Shown piece after piece: positions 11,064 through 21,838 of a stretch of DNA of 64,000 bases. This DNA comes from Histomonas meleagridis 2922-C6/04-290x (Eukaryota > Protista > Parabasalia), in NCBI GenBank assembly GCA_020184695.1, contig JAANOX010000037.1, positions 248,001 to 312,000 of the forward strand, in the 5' to 3' direction. The position numbers and the translations under genes were made by a program. The notes below the pieces were generated by a model that was not told the DNA's origin, ran no database searches, and worked only from the letters and a program-made list of their open reading frames with translations. The first letter of the stretch is position 1; each line of letters opens with the position of its first letter.

Positions 11064-11411
11064 CTAATTTGTACTTTGAGTAGTATTGTTTGGTGGAAGC
11101 TGCTTATTAAAGAAGGTGAGCTGATTCTGAAGAAGAGTATTTTCCGCTTCCTTTGTTGATATTTTTCTTTCAAGTTCAATTATTAGTTCCTTTAACTGCT
11201 TATTTTCTTCACAAAGGGATTTGAGGTATTCCCCTTTTTTCTTTTTTTGCTGTTTAGTAAGCTTTTGTGTGGATTGAAATTGGAAATCTTGATTCGAAAT
11301 CAGATCTGGTTTTTTCTGTTGTGTTTTTTGTTCACTTTCATTGTTTTTCTTGTCATTATTGTTTAAGAATTCAAATGATTCCAAAAAGAATTCTTGTTCA
11401 TTAAATGACAT
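11064..11411 (-). CDS. Small bZIP-like coiled-coil protein
   Basis: KKKKGEYLKSLCEENKQLKELIIELERKISTKEAENTLLQNQLTFF has zipper heptads after a short basic stretch. Confidence 0.6.
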   Translation of the reverse strand: MSFNEQEFFLESFEFLNNNDKKNNESEQKTQQKKPDLISNQDFQFQSTQKLTKQQKKKKGEYLKSLCEENKQLKELIIELERKISTKEAENTLLQNQLTFFNKQLPPNNTTQSTN

Positions 11412-11526
11412 GTTTTCTGTTTTAAAATTCTTTCTTTATAAAATAAACCAAAGAATTTATGGGCATCCAACAAAGATTTATCATGCAATTTTTTTGTATG
11501 CAAAATGGCATTTTCTTCTGATTAGA

Positions 11527-11534
11527 AACGGTTT
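11527..11534 (+). promoter_or_regulatory. M3/Myb-like motif AACGGTTT
   Basis: Consensus match 20 nt upstream of the ATG at 11555. Confidence 0.5.
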
Positions 11535-11554
11535 TGATCCTTTGGCGGATCCCA

Positions 11555-12916
11555 ATGTTCATAATTTTTTCCTTTACATTCATCTTATGGAAATGTAAAG
11601 ATAAAGATTGTAGTACAAAAGAGGGTAGCTTTATTGTTCCATTAAGGTATTCTAGTGAGTCCCTTTTAAATTTAACAATACCTGTTGTAATGACAAACGC
11701 TAATTCGAAAGGAATACCAATTGTTTTTTTAGGGCCAGGAAATGGTGTTGGAAATATGCTTAAAGATTTTAATTTTGCAAATACATCATTTCCAGTTAAT
11801 CCTTTATTTTTCATAGGATATCGTGGTGTTGACTCAGATATAGTACCACAAGATGGAAAAATCAAGTCTTTAATTTCGATTGAATCCAATACAGTCAAGG
11901 ATTCATTACTCTCAAAAATCATAAATTCTGTCATAAATTCCGAGAATTTTCATCTTTCTGATTTTGGATTGACCCAACGCTCCAAGGATATCATCAAATT
12001 TATTAAGGATGAAAATATTGAATTTTTCCATATCATTTCAGTTGGTGAAGATGGCTCTCGTATAGGCCATTTTCTTTCATCACAAATTCCACAAAATGTA
12101 GTCCGTTCTGTGTTTATTAATCCTAGTGTTCCAATTCCACATAATGACACAACGGTCAGATTACTTGCAATTTATCGACGAATTTGTCGGAAAGATCCAA
12201 CCTGTCCATATCCACAAATCAAATGGCTTCCAACCACATTTCCGAAAAACATCTTTAATGTATTTACTGTTAATCCCGAACGTATTCGCTTCAATTTAGA
12301 GCAACAACTTCGAAACCCATCAACGGCACCGAATGCGTTTGAAGCACTTCAATCTATTACTGATGGTTCTAAATTTGGATATCTTTCATTGTCAAGTTTG
12401 ACAGGGCCTGAAATGCTTGACTTGAAGTGGAGTGACATATTGCTTCATTCGTGTACGGTACCACGTGATAGTTCTCTTTACTTCCTTCCATCAATCGAAA
12501 AACTCTGCGAAAATTTGACCGTTAAAGAAGAATTGCCTGGAAAAATCGAATCACCTCTTTTAATTATAAGTGGTGAATTAGATCTACCAAGGCCAAAAAC
12601 AACAATAGAGTATTACAAAAACAATAGTTTAATGCCTTCTTTAGTTGATCAAATTTATTTAGAAAAAGCTTCATCTAGGTTTGAAATGCTAAGACCAGAC
12701 GTTTTAAAGGCAATTTTGAGCTTTTTAAATGAAGGGAAAACAGAATTCCAACTTAATGAACCTGAAAAAATAGTTTGGAAAAATACAATTGGTATGACAT
12801 CCATTTTGAAATGGGGTATGGGAATTGGATTTGTATTTTCATTAGGTAGTGTTGCCATTGTATATTATTTGTCTAAAAAAGGGGAAAAAGGAGATCGCAA
12901 AAAGAAAAATGACTGA
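11555..12916 (+). CDS. Single-pass membrane alpha/beta-hydrolase-fold protein (TAP-like), probably catalytically degenerate
   Basis: Signal peptide, IISVG at the nucleophile elbow, ICRKDPTCP, SPLLIISGELD, no His in KASSRFEMLRPD, C-terminal TM followed by KKKND. Confidence 0.6.
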   Translation: MFIIFSFTFILWKCKDKDCSTKEGSFIVPLRYSSESLLNLTIPVVMTNANSKGIPIVFLGPGNGVGNMLKDFNFANTSFPVNPLFFIGYRGVDSDIVPQDGKIKSLISIESNTVKDSLLSKIINSVINSENFHLSDFGLTQRSKDIIKFIKDENIEFFHIISVGEDGSRIGHFLSSQIPQNVVRSVFINPSVPIPHNDTTVRLLAIYRRICRKDPTCPYPQIKWLPTTFPKNIFNVFTVNPERIRFNLEQQLRNPSTAPNAFEALQSITDGSKFGYLSLSSLTGPEMLDLKWSDILLHSCTVPRDSSLYFLPSIEKLCENLTVKEELPGKIESPLLIISGELDLPRPKTTIEYYKNNSLMPSLVDQIYLEKASSRFEMLRPDVLKAILSFLNEGKTEFQLNEPEKIVWKNTIGMTSILKWGMGIGFVFSLGSVAIVYYLSKKGEKGDRKKKND

Positions 12917-13492
12917 TTAGATTTTTTTTCTTTTATTATAATTTGTTTTATTAAACACTCAACAAAATACTTTTTATTTTATGTTACAATTTTTTTTTTT
13001 TTATGAAAAAATTAGAATTTTAAAAATAAATTAAAAGAACAATTCATAAAAGTTAATATTTTTCGAGCTAGTTTTTAATATTTATAAAAATCGGATAGTT
13101 TTTTTAGATAAATAGTTAGATAAAATTTTGTGTATAATATTTGAATTTATAATAAGATAAAGATATATGGGATTTGACTATTTCATCATTCTAGATAAAT
13201 TAATTTGGAATTTTTTTAACACATTGTCGATAAAAATAAAAGGATAAGATGATTTAATTTTTTCATCGCCTTTTTTGGCGGCAATAAATTTTTCAGAGGA
13301 AAAGCTTTTGTGAGGGTGTTGTATAGAAATATGATTTAACATTTCGTTCAAAGATCTTCGATTTTTAGAAATTGTACATCTGAGATAACTTTTTCATAGA
13401 CTGGTGTCGTAAATTGAATAATATCGTCTTTGATCTCACCTTCGATTCAAAATTGAAAGAAAAGTGGTTGGACTATCGAATTTACTTCATTT

Positions 13493-16462
13493 ATGAAAAA
13501 TACTGAAGAAAGTACCTACGAGGCCTACGACAAAGACCCCGAAGAGATTTTCAAGCATTTTGGCACCGATCCAGTGAAGGGTCTTACAAATGAGAAAGCC
13601 CAAGCCAACATCGAGAAATTCGGAAGGAACGCATTTCCACCTCCATCAAAGAAATCCATTCTTTCAATGATTATCGAGCAATTCCAGGACAAGATGGTTC
13701 TTGTACTTCTCTTTGCTGTTGTCTTAGGTTTTATCTTTGCATTCATTGAAGAAGATCCAGAAGAACGTGTTACAGCTTTTATTGAACCATGGGTTATCAT
13801 TGTTATTCTTGCCTTAAACGCCTTCATTTCCGTCATGCAAGAAATCAATGCTGACAAAAGTGTCGAATCATTAAAATCATTCCAACCAAACAAGGCTCAC
13901 GTTATCCGTGATGGCGAAATCGTTGAGATTGATGCCGAAGATATCGCATGTGGTGATCTTGTTGAAGTTGGTGAAGGTCATCAAGTTCCAGCTGATGCAC
14001 GTGTCATCAAGATCAAGTCAACTGTTTTAACAGCAGATCAATCCGCATTAACTGGTGAATCTGTTGGTGCTAACAAGACTGTTGAGACAATCCATGATAA
14101 AGAACTTGTTCTTTCCCAAAAGACAAACTGCTGCTTCGGTGGCACACCATTAACACGTGGACGTTTCCAAGGTGTTGTTTATGCTGTTGGTCCAAAGTCT
14201 GAAATCGGTAAGATCCAAGATGCTGTTCATAAAGCTGGTGAAACAGAAACTCCATTACAAATCAAGCTTGACAAGTTTGGTGCTGTAATTGCCAAATCAA
14301 TTCTTGTCATCTGCATCATCACATGGCTCGCCAACATTCCAAAATTCAAGGAAGCAGGTCATGGTAATGTTATCAAAGGTGCTCTTTCCTTCTTCAAGAT
14401 TGCCGTTTCACTTGCTGTTGCTGCTATTCCAGAAGGTCTTCCAGCTGTTGTTACCACCACATTATCTCTTGGTGTTAATCGTATGGCCAAAGAAAAGGCA
14501 ATTGTCACAGCACTTCCAGCTGTCGAAACACTTGGTTGCACATCTGTTATTTGCTCTGATAAGACAGGTACACTTACAACTAACCAAATGACCGTTAAAG
14601 CATTCCTTACAGTCGAGAACAAAGATGTCAACGTCTTTGAAGTTGAAGGTGATTCATATGCTCCAAAGGGTGAAATCAAAGCTAATGGTGCTACTGTTAA
14701 AAACTTCCCACAACATAAGGCTGCTCAAATGGCTGCTTTAATCGCTACAACATGTAACGATGCTACAATCATCTGTGAAGAAAAGGATGGCGTTGAAGAA
14801 TTCAAGAGAAATGGTGAACCAACAGAAGCTGCATTCAAGATCCTTGCTGAAAAGATCGGTCTTCCAGATGATGAAGAAAATTCTAAACTTATGAAGATGT
14901 CACCAAAGGAACGTAACAACAAAGTTAGTGATTATTATCTTAACAAATATCCAAAGGTTCGTACACACGAATTCACACGTGATCGTAAGTCAATGTCTGT
15001 CATTGTTGGTAAGGACACACTTGTTGCTAAGGGTGCATTCGAAGTTATCCTTGGAAACTGTGATCGTTATATGGATGATGCTACTGGTGAAATCCTTCCA
15101 CTTACAAAGGATGTATTCGAAAAGATCGATAATGTTCGTAAGCATTGGGCTGGCGGTTCAAACTGCTACAGATGCCTCGGCTTAGCTTACAAGGATGCTC
15201 CAGATTACAAGTCATGGGATGTCAGCAACATCGCTCAATATGAAAAGGGATTAATTTGGTGTGGTGCCGCAGGTATCATTGATCCACCACGTCAAACAGT
15301 TATTGCTGCTATCAAGGAATGTCACACAGCCGGTATCCGTGTCATCATGTGCACTGGTGATAATCCAGATACAGCTGCAGCTATTGCAAAGAAGATCGGT
15401 ATGATCCATGAAAATGATGATATCACTGGTAAAGTATATACTGGTAACCAATGGGCTAAGATGACAGATGATGAAAGATTAGAAGCCTCCAAACATGTTG
15501 CTGTTATGGCACGTGTTGAACCAATCCACAAACAACAACTTGTTGATTGCCTTCAAAAGCAAAATCACATTGTCGCTATGACTGGTGATGGTGTTAACGA
15601 TGCTCCAGCTCTTAAGAAGGCAGATATTGGTATTGCTATGGGTTCAGGTACAAAGGTTGCCCAAGACGCAGCTAAGATGATTCTTTCTGATGACTCATTT
15701 GCTACAATCGTTAAGGCAGTTTCAGAAGGTCGTGCTATCTATAATAACACAACAGCATTCATCCGTTACTTAATCACATGTAACATTGGTGAAGTCGTTT
15801 CATGCTTTGTTTCATCAATCATTGGTGGTCCAAACTTATTACGTTCTACACAACTTCTTTTCGTTAACCTTGTTACAGATGGTTTACCAGCTACAGCACT
15901 CGGTGTCAACCCAGCAGAACCAGGAGTTATGGACATGCCACCACGTCCAAAGAACGAAGAAATCGTTACACCACTTACACTTTGCAGATATATTGTCGGT
16001 GGTATTTACTTAGGCTTTGCTACAATCGCCGCCGCCTACTGGTGGTACCTTTATGACCCAACAGGCCCACACATCACATTCAAGCAAGTTCTCTCATGGA
16101 GCACAGCACCACCTGAAATGAAACATATCTTCGATGATAATACTCCATCAACAATGGCTATGTCTGTTCTCGTTGTTGTCGAAATGTTCTCTGCTATGAC
16201 AGCTATCTCTGAACGTCAATCAATCTTCACATTCCCACCAACAAAGAATAAGATGTTAGTCTTGGCCATCGTCGGCTCACTCCTTGTTCACTTCCTTACA
16301 CTTGAACTTCCAATCGCTCGTCGTATCTTCTCTGTTGTCAAACTTGATCTTGGCCATTGGATTGTTATTTTAATTCTTGGTATTCCAACTATTATTATAG
16401 AAGAAATCTTCAAGTTCTACATCCGTAGTCATACTAAGCACGTCAACCCAGATGATTACTAA
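13493..16462 (+). CDS. SERCA: SERCA-type P2A Ca2+-ATPase
   Basis: TGES, AIPEGLP, CSDKTGTLT, KGAFE, DPPR, TGD, MTGDGVNDAPALKKADIGIAMG, QLLFVNLVTDGLPATAL; strongly biased codon usage. Confidence 0.96.
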   Translation: MKNTEESTYEAYDKDPEEIFKHFGTDPVKGLTNEKAQANIEKFGRNAFPPPSKKSILSMIIEQFQDKMVLVLLFAVVLGFIFAFIEEDPEERVTAFIEPWVIIVILALNAFISVMQEINADKSVESLKSFQPNKAHVIRDGEIVEIDAEDIACGDLVEVGEGHQVPADARVIKIKSTVLTADQSALTGESVGANKTVETIHDKELVLSQKTNCCFGGTPLTRGRFQGVVYAVGPKSEIGKIQDAVHKAGETETPLQIKLDKFGAVIAKSILVICIITWLANIPKFKEAGHGNVIKGALSFFKIAVSLAVAAIPEGLPAVVTTTLSLGVNRMAKEKAIVTALPAVETLGCTSVICSDKTGTLTTNQMTVKAFLTVENKDVNVFEVEGDSYAPKGEIKANGATVKNFPQHKAAQMAALIATTCNDATIICEEKDGVEEFKRNGEPTEAAFKILAEKIGLPDDEENSKLMKMSPKERNNKVSDYYLNKYPKVRTHEFTRDRKSMSVIVGKDTLVAKGAFEVILGNCDRYMDDATGEILPLTKDVFEKIDNVRKHWAGGSNCYRCLGLAYKDAPDYKSWDVSNIAQYEKGLIWCGAAGIIDPPRQTVIAAIKECHTAGIRVIMCTGDNPDTAAAIAKKIGMIHENDDITGKVYTGNQWAKMTDDERLEASKHVAVMARVEPIHKQQLVDCLQKQNHIVAMTGDGVNDAPALKKADIGIAMGSGTKVAQDAAKMILSDDSFATIVKAVSEGRAIYNNTTAFIRYLITCNIGEVVSCFVSSIIGGPNLLRSTQLLFVNLVTDGLPATALGVNPAEPGVMDMPPRPKNEEIVTPLTLCRYIVGGIYLGFATIAAAYWWYLYDPTGPHITFKQVLSWSTAPPEMKHIFDDNTPSTMAMSVLVVVEMFSAMTAISERQSIFTFPPTKNKMLVLAIVGSLLVHFLTLELPIARRIFSVVKLDLGHWIVILILGIPTIIIEEIFKFYIRSHTKHVNPDDY

Positions 16463-17020
16463 ATAATGGGATAAAAAATTAATTTGATTTTTTGTTTTGT
16501 ATCGTCGACTCTTTCCATTCAATTTTCGTCTTTTGCATTTGAATTATCTACTCGAATTCAGTTCGTTTTGGGGTGCACCGGTAACCCATTCTGTATCGCC
16601 AAAAGTGACAAATGTAAATTAATGAATTATACCGCGTTTTGAGATGTTTGGAACAAAGAAGGACATCCATACGATAGCTCAAAATGACAAATTTGAATTC
16701 TATATATTTCTTTGTGCCACATGGAGATATCTCCATTGGATGGATCCAATCACAATACCTTTTTGTAAATATATATTAATGTTTGGATTTATATAATCTG
16801 AGAAATTAAATTATATGTTTTCAATTTGAATGATGATATTTGTGTAGTCAATGGTTGTTGCAACAAACATATTTCTTGTTTTTGTTTCATAGCAAATTTG
16901 CTCATATAAAATATATATATAAACATCTACTTACATTAAAACCTAATCAACTAAACAACAAGATTGAATAAATATTTAGTATCTCGTTGCGAATAATGTG
17001 ATTAAATACCATTTACTGAG

Positions 17021-17812
17021 TTATAGAGACGTCTTCTTCTTCCACGCGCACTCCATGATGGCGTCGGCCGTGGCCCTTTTTTCTGGATCTGGCTCAAGCA
17101 TTGAGTCTAACATTTCGATAGCTTCTGTTGAGAGTGGTGGATAATTAATTTCGTGGTTGAGAATTTTTTGCGTGATTTTTTCTGCATCAATGCCGTTAAA
17201 AATATTTTGATATCTTAACGTTGACAACAATAAGACTCCGCACGCCCATATGTCGGCTTTCTTCCCATCATATGGTTCCCCTGAGAAAATTTCTGGAGCT
17301 TGATAATTCAATGTCCCATATTTTCCTGTGATTTTTTGATTTTGTGGAATATAAGCTGCATTAAAAAATCGAGAAAGTTTAAGTTGCTTTTCTTTGTCGA
17401 AATATAAGGATTCAGGTCGAATGTCCAAATGAACTATGGAATTATTATGAAGATATTGAACAGCAGACATAAGTTGCTTAAAAATAATACGAGCAGACTC
17501 CTCATCAATCGCAATTTCGTTTTCAAGTATTGAATAATAAGAATTGGTCTCATGACCAAGAATTGCGATAATTTTATTTTGATGAATGACTACTTCAACA
17601 AATTCTTGGATCGAAGGATGGCTAACAGAACCTAATATTTCAATTAGATTTTCGATATTTATACAATTTGGATTATATTCTAAACTTGAACGATCAGAAA
17701 CATAACCAATAAAATTCTTGTTGTCTTTATTGCGTGTCACTTCTTGAATCATATAATAGCTTGTGTTATCTCGATTATATGGTTCTTGAAATGTATATAA
17801 TTTTTCTCCCAT
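17021..17812 (-). CDS. CAMK-like pseudokinase
   Basis: HLDIRPES, GTLNYQAPE, ADIWACGV, PDPEKRATA. DFG is replaced by SRF, and there is no Gly loop or VAIK. ATG at 17812, with TCACT Inr upstream on the minus strand. Confidence 0.75.
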   Translation of the reverse strand: MGEKLYTFQEPYNRDNTSYYMIQEVTRNKDNKNFIGYVSDRSSLEYNPNCINIENLIEILGSVSHPSIQEFVEVVIHQNKIIAILGHETNSYYSILENEIAIDEESARIIFKQLMSAVQYLHNNSIVHLDIRPESLYFDKEKQLKLSRFFNAAYIPQNQKITGKYGTLNYQAPEIFSGEPYDGKKADIWACGVLLLSTLRYQNIFNGIDAEKITQKILNHEINYPPLSTEAIEMLDSMLEPDPEKRATADAIMECAWKKKTSL

Positions 17813-17945
17813 AAATTGTTGCAAAAAGTGACAAATTTAAAAAAAATGAAAAATTATTTAATAGAAGAAGTTTCTATATTAAATAGTTGTTAGGTTTTTA
17901 TTATTATTAAGACAAAACAATTAGTTTGTTTAACTAATTCGCTAA

Positions 17946-18437
17946 TTAATGAATTTTCCAAAATGATATAAAGAAATCCTTCCAGTAAGAAGTTCTTCGT
18001 TGTTGAGCAGGAGCACTGGCTAAAGTTTTCTCTGTGTCAATATTCTGTATTTTATTTTGAGAATGTTGATTTTGTATTTTTTTACCTTTGCATACATTTT
18101 CACATACAGCGTGGCTGTTTTCTTCTTCATCAGAGCCATCACAACAGTCACAAATTCCATCCCCAACACTCCAAAATGGAATTAATTTTGGTGTATCTCC
18201 TTCATTTTTACAGTAAAAGTAACCCTTTTGCGATGCAGAAGTACCTGGTTCATCTGATCCATCTTCACAATCAGCATAATTATCATTTATCTTATTTAGA
18301 GGAATTGTTTTATTTGATGAAAAACAATGAAACACATTATTTTCAATATCCATTGCATTTTTATATTTTTCCCACATCTCAGGGGATGACCCTCGTGGTG
18401 GAACGAATGTTTCTGTGCAAATCAAGAACAAAAACAT
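17946..18437 (-). CDS. Short glucosidase II beta (PRKCSH) N-terminal-domain protein
   Basis: INDNYADCEDGSDEPGTSA, FYCKNEG, VGDGICDCCDGSDE; lacks the MRH domain and an HDEL signal. Confidence 0.75.
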   Translation of the reverse strand: MFLFLICTETFVPPRGSSPEMWEKYKNAMDIENNVFHCFSSNKTIPLNKINDNYADCEDGSDEPGTSASQKGYFYCKNEGDTPKLIPFWSVGDGICDCCDGSDEEENSHAVCENVCKGKKIQNQHSQNKIQNIDTEKTLASAPAQQRRTSYWKDFFISFWKIH

Positions 18438-18470
18438 CCTATTTTTCTGTAATCATTTTTCAGAACTTTT

Positions 18471-18478
18471 AACGGTTT
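18471..18478 (+). promoter_or_regulatory. M3/Myb-like motif AACGGTTT inside a 54-bp divergent intergenic region
   Basis: 13 nt upstream of the ATG at 18492. Confidence 0.5.
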
Positions 18479-18491
18479 TCTATCGGAAAAA

Positions 18492-19799
18492 ATGGCTTCT
18501 TTGGTACAACAAGCAGTCGATGCAATTATTCGACCACCAAGAACAGAATATGATCACACTGCAATGCCACTTTATCTAGATGCAGGAAAAGATGGAATTT
18601 ATATTCGTCATCCAATCAGATTTACTACAAAACGAGGTATTAATTTAGTCGGATCAATTTATCATTGTCAAAATGTTGATATTATGGAAGGTGGCCCATG
18701 TGTGATTTATCTACATGGTAATGCTTCATCACAACTTGAAGGACAATTTTTAGTTCCAAATTTTTGTCCTCACAAAATATTTGTATTTTGTTTTGATTTT
18801 GCTGGATCTGGTTGTAGCGAAGGTAAGTACATATCACTTGGTTATTTTGAAACATCAGATACACTTGAAGCCATTACTTTATTAAATGAAACTTTTAATA
18901 TGGGCCCTTTTATATTATGGGGTCGTTCTATGGGCGCAGCAGTTTCCTTGTTAGTCGATAGTCCATTAGTTATCGGTAAAATTAGTGATTCATCATTTAC
19001 TTCAATAACAGATATGGTCTCAGCCATTGGTACATCTATGAAATTACCGTCTGCTTTTATGCCAGCAGTAATTTGGTTTCTTAAACGCAAAGTTATTGAG
19101 CAAGCTGAATTTGATTTATCAAGTGTATCTCCACTTAACGCAGTAAAACATAACAACTATCCAACTGTCTTTGGTCATAGTGAAAATGATCAATTTATCC
19201 CATTTATACAATGTCGGGAATTATTTGATGCTTCAATAAACCCAATGAAATACATGATGGTGCTTGCTGGCGGCCATAACAGTCGACGCGAAGAACAATG
19301 GCTCCATCTCGGGATCACATTCACGTTAAATTTGCTCGGAATTGATGTTCCGAACTTAGTAATATCTGAAGCTCGTTCGCTTCAAGAAGCTGTTTGCCAC
19401 TTTAACTCATTTAATGAACTTGTAAAAGATTCGAAAACGCGTAACAAAGACGAAGAAGAAAACGAAAATAATAATAATACGAACGAAAATACCGAAAATA
19501 AAAACGAAAGCGAAAATAATAAAAATAATAAAAATAAAAAACAACATAAAAGAAAGCATCACATGCATAAGAAGAAAGAAAACAAATTAACAGACGTAAC
19601 AGTGCAAACAGATGAAATATTTCAAATGCCGCCGCTGAAAGAATCGTTGTCAACACAACTGTCGCAAATATTTGAGGAACAAGTGAAAGGAGACGCAAGC
19701 AAAGAGGAAACAGCAGTGCCGAAAATGAGTGATGAAAAAGAAATTTTGTCTTCGTCATCAGGGGAGGCAAGTGATGAGGATTTGATCAGTTTTGATTGA
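18492..19799 (+). CDS. Alpha/beta serine hydrolase (ABHD/YqkD-like) with a low-complexity C-terminal tail
   Basis: YLHGNAS, FDFAGSGCSEG..ISLG, WGRSMGA, HSENDQFIP and GGHNS give a complete Ser-Asp-His triad. Confidence 0.88.
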   Translation: MASLVQQAVDAIIRPPRTEYDHTAMPLYLDAGKDGIYIRHPIRFTTKRGINLVGSIYHCQNVDIMEGGPCVIYLHGNASSQLEGQFLVPNFCPHKIFVFCFDFAGSGCSEGKYISLGYFETSDTLEAITLLNETFNMGPFILWGRSMGAAVSLLVDSPLVIGKISDSSFTSITDMVSAIGTSMKLPSAFMPAVIWFLKRKVIEQAEFDLSSVSPLNAVKHNNYPTVFGHSENDQFIPFIQCRELFDASINPMKYMMVLAGGHNSRREEQWLHLGITFTLNLLGIDVPNLVISEARSLQEAVCHFNSFNELVKDSKTRNKDEEENENNNNTNENTENKNESENNKNNKNKKQHKRKHHMHKKKENKLTDVTVQTDEIFQMPPLKESLSTQLSQIFEEQVKGDASKEETAVPKMSDEKEILSSSSGEASDEDLISFD

Positions 19800-20529
19800 A
19801 AAAATATATAAATAGTGTTTAAATTAGAATTTAGTTTTTGGAGCTTTTAATTACCACAACTTTGAAGGTCAATTGATAGAAAAGAAATTAACTCTATGAG
19901 ATGAGAGATGTGTTTTGTGTAACAATTACAAAAAATATTATTCTTTAATTAAATGGCTAAATCAGATTTAAGCATTGTATCATTTTATACTTTATGTAAT
20001 GATAAGGATATTCGAGTATTTTAAATATTATAAGCATAAAGATTTATATGTTTGGAATTTTGAACAATGTTCATGCAATTTTTTATTTTCAATTCATGAT
20101 TCTTGTATTTCCGTTATTACAAACATTAATTTCTTGAATTTATTTACGTTAAATAATAATTTCATCATGGAAATCCTATTTGCTAAACAAAGAAATTGGA
20201 TTTTGAAAGATTTCCTTTTAAATAAACTATACAAAAACACCCGTTTTTTATCTGTCATGTGAAAATGAAGCGTTTATAGTTCAACAAGCCGCTTAAATGT
20301 TGTGAAAATTCATCATATTTTAACTGCTTTACATGTCAGATTTTGGGACTCTCTGCGTCCTCAGAAAAGTGGCTCTTTTATTCAGTAAATGGAGATAATA
20401 ATGCATACAAAAAGTGGGTGGGGCATTGAGGTGATTGTGTTTGAAAAAAATTTATCACTTCAGAAATAAACGTCTTTTTGAATAATTTCTCTGTATAAAG
20501 TATTGAAATTAGGACTCAAGCAAGATCAA

Positions 20530-21381
20530 ATGCACACCAACTACTATGAGGTTCTCGGTCTTCCCTCAAATGCATCAAACAGTGACATAAAAAAGGCATA
20601 CTATACTCTTGCATTAAGGTATCATCCTGACAAAAATCCTTATAATGTTGAAGAAGCTACAAAAAAATTTGAGCTAATCAGAGAAGCATATAATACACTT
20701 TCCAATAAGATTTTGCGGGAAAACTACGATAAAAAAAACTACCAAATTACTACAAAAGTCCCAAAAGGATCTTTTTCAAAAAGATCAAATACATTTGATG
20801 ATCTATATTACCATTTCTATGGAAAAGACGATGACTTTGCGAAAGAAGTACATGATGGGATATATGGCACAATACGAGTTCCAGTTGATTGTACATTAGA
20901 AGAATTGTTTGATGGAGCATCAAAAATTGTAAAATTTAACAGATATATTGATGGCAAGCCTAATGCGCGCAAGGCAAAAATCACTTTAAACAAGGGCATG
21001 AGCAATGGTGATGTTATCACTTTACAAGGAATGGGAAATACGAAATCAGGACATCCACCATGTGACGTAGAATTCATAATCCGCGAACTAAAACATGACG
21101 TCTTTCGCCGTGAGGGGGATAATATTCATTTGGAACAGACAATCTCCCTTCTTCAAGCCCTCAGATGTGTCGAAATTAACATCAACGGAATTGATGGGGA
21201 AAAACTCGAAATCACAAAAACGAAAACTATACAGCCAGAGTCCAAAATGACATTCCATGGAAAGGGGATGCCTAAGGCTGGCGGAGAGAGAGGAGACCTC
21301 ATTTGTCGATTCCATGTTGAGTTGCCAAAGAGTCTCTCTGAGGAACAGAAACAACATTTGATTTCGGTATTTACAGAGTAA
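20530..21381 (+). CDS. Type II DnaJ/Hsp40 co-chaperone
   Basis: J domain NYYEVLG...YHPDKN and C-terminal domain VDCTLEELFDG...HDVFRREGDNI...GKGMP...GDL; ATG at 20530. Confidence 0.9.
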   Translation: MHTNYYEVLGLPSNASNSDIKKAYYTLALRYHPDKNPYNVEEATKKFELIREAYNTLSNKILRENYDKKNYQITTKVPKGSFSKRSNTFDDLYYHFYGKDDDFAKEVHDGIYGTIRVPVDCTLEELFDGASKIVKFNRYIDGKPNARKAKITLNKGMSNGDVITLQGMGNTKSGHPPCDVEFIIRELKHDVFRREGDNIHLEQTISLLQALRCVEININGIDGEKLEITKTKTIQPESKMTFHGKGMPKAGGERGDLICRFHVELPKSLSEEQKQHLISVFTE

Positions 21382-21838
21382 ATTATTATAAAGTTTTGTA
21401 TAATTAATATGTAAAAAGTGAAATTTAGCTGCGGAAATTTTTCTTGAAATTGTTATTATTTTATGGGGGTACGTAAGAGTTGAAGTGTTTGGCGTAGATT
21501 GAGATCCTTTTTACAAAATGATCTGATTAGATTTTTCAAAATAAATGAAATAATTCTATTTAATAATGCTCAAAACCAATATATTATGCATAGCCAAAGT
21601 TGATTTTAACATATAATATTGAACTATGATAATTTTTTTTGATTCATTTAATTGTTGAAAGGGTAATTGCAAGAACTTTTTTTTGAGTAAATTTTGGCTT
21701 CCTTTGCTTGGTTCCAAAAAGCATTGCAACTAATACAATTTAATAAATTAAATCTCATCATAAGATATGGTTGTCATTAATTAAAGAAATTCCAAAAAGA
21801 TTCGCACATTCACATGATTGGATCGAGGTAAAATTAAT

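Noticed and set aside
13525-16013. Multiple 60-120 aa ORFs overlapping SERCA (likewise those over RPS6, UAP56, the MRH receptor, the TRRAP-like gene and the aldo-keto reductase)
   Set aside because: They are expected by-products of codon bias in long genes and have no independent motifs.
20341-20364. CTGA-GGAC...GTCC-CAAA hairpin on the minus strand as a hammerhead ribozyme
   Set aside because: The core does not match CUGAUGA/GAAA, and stems I and III were not found.
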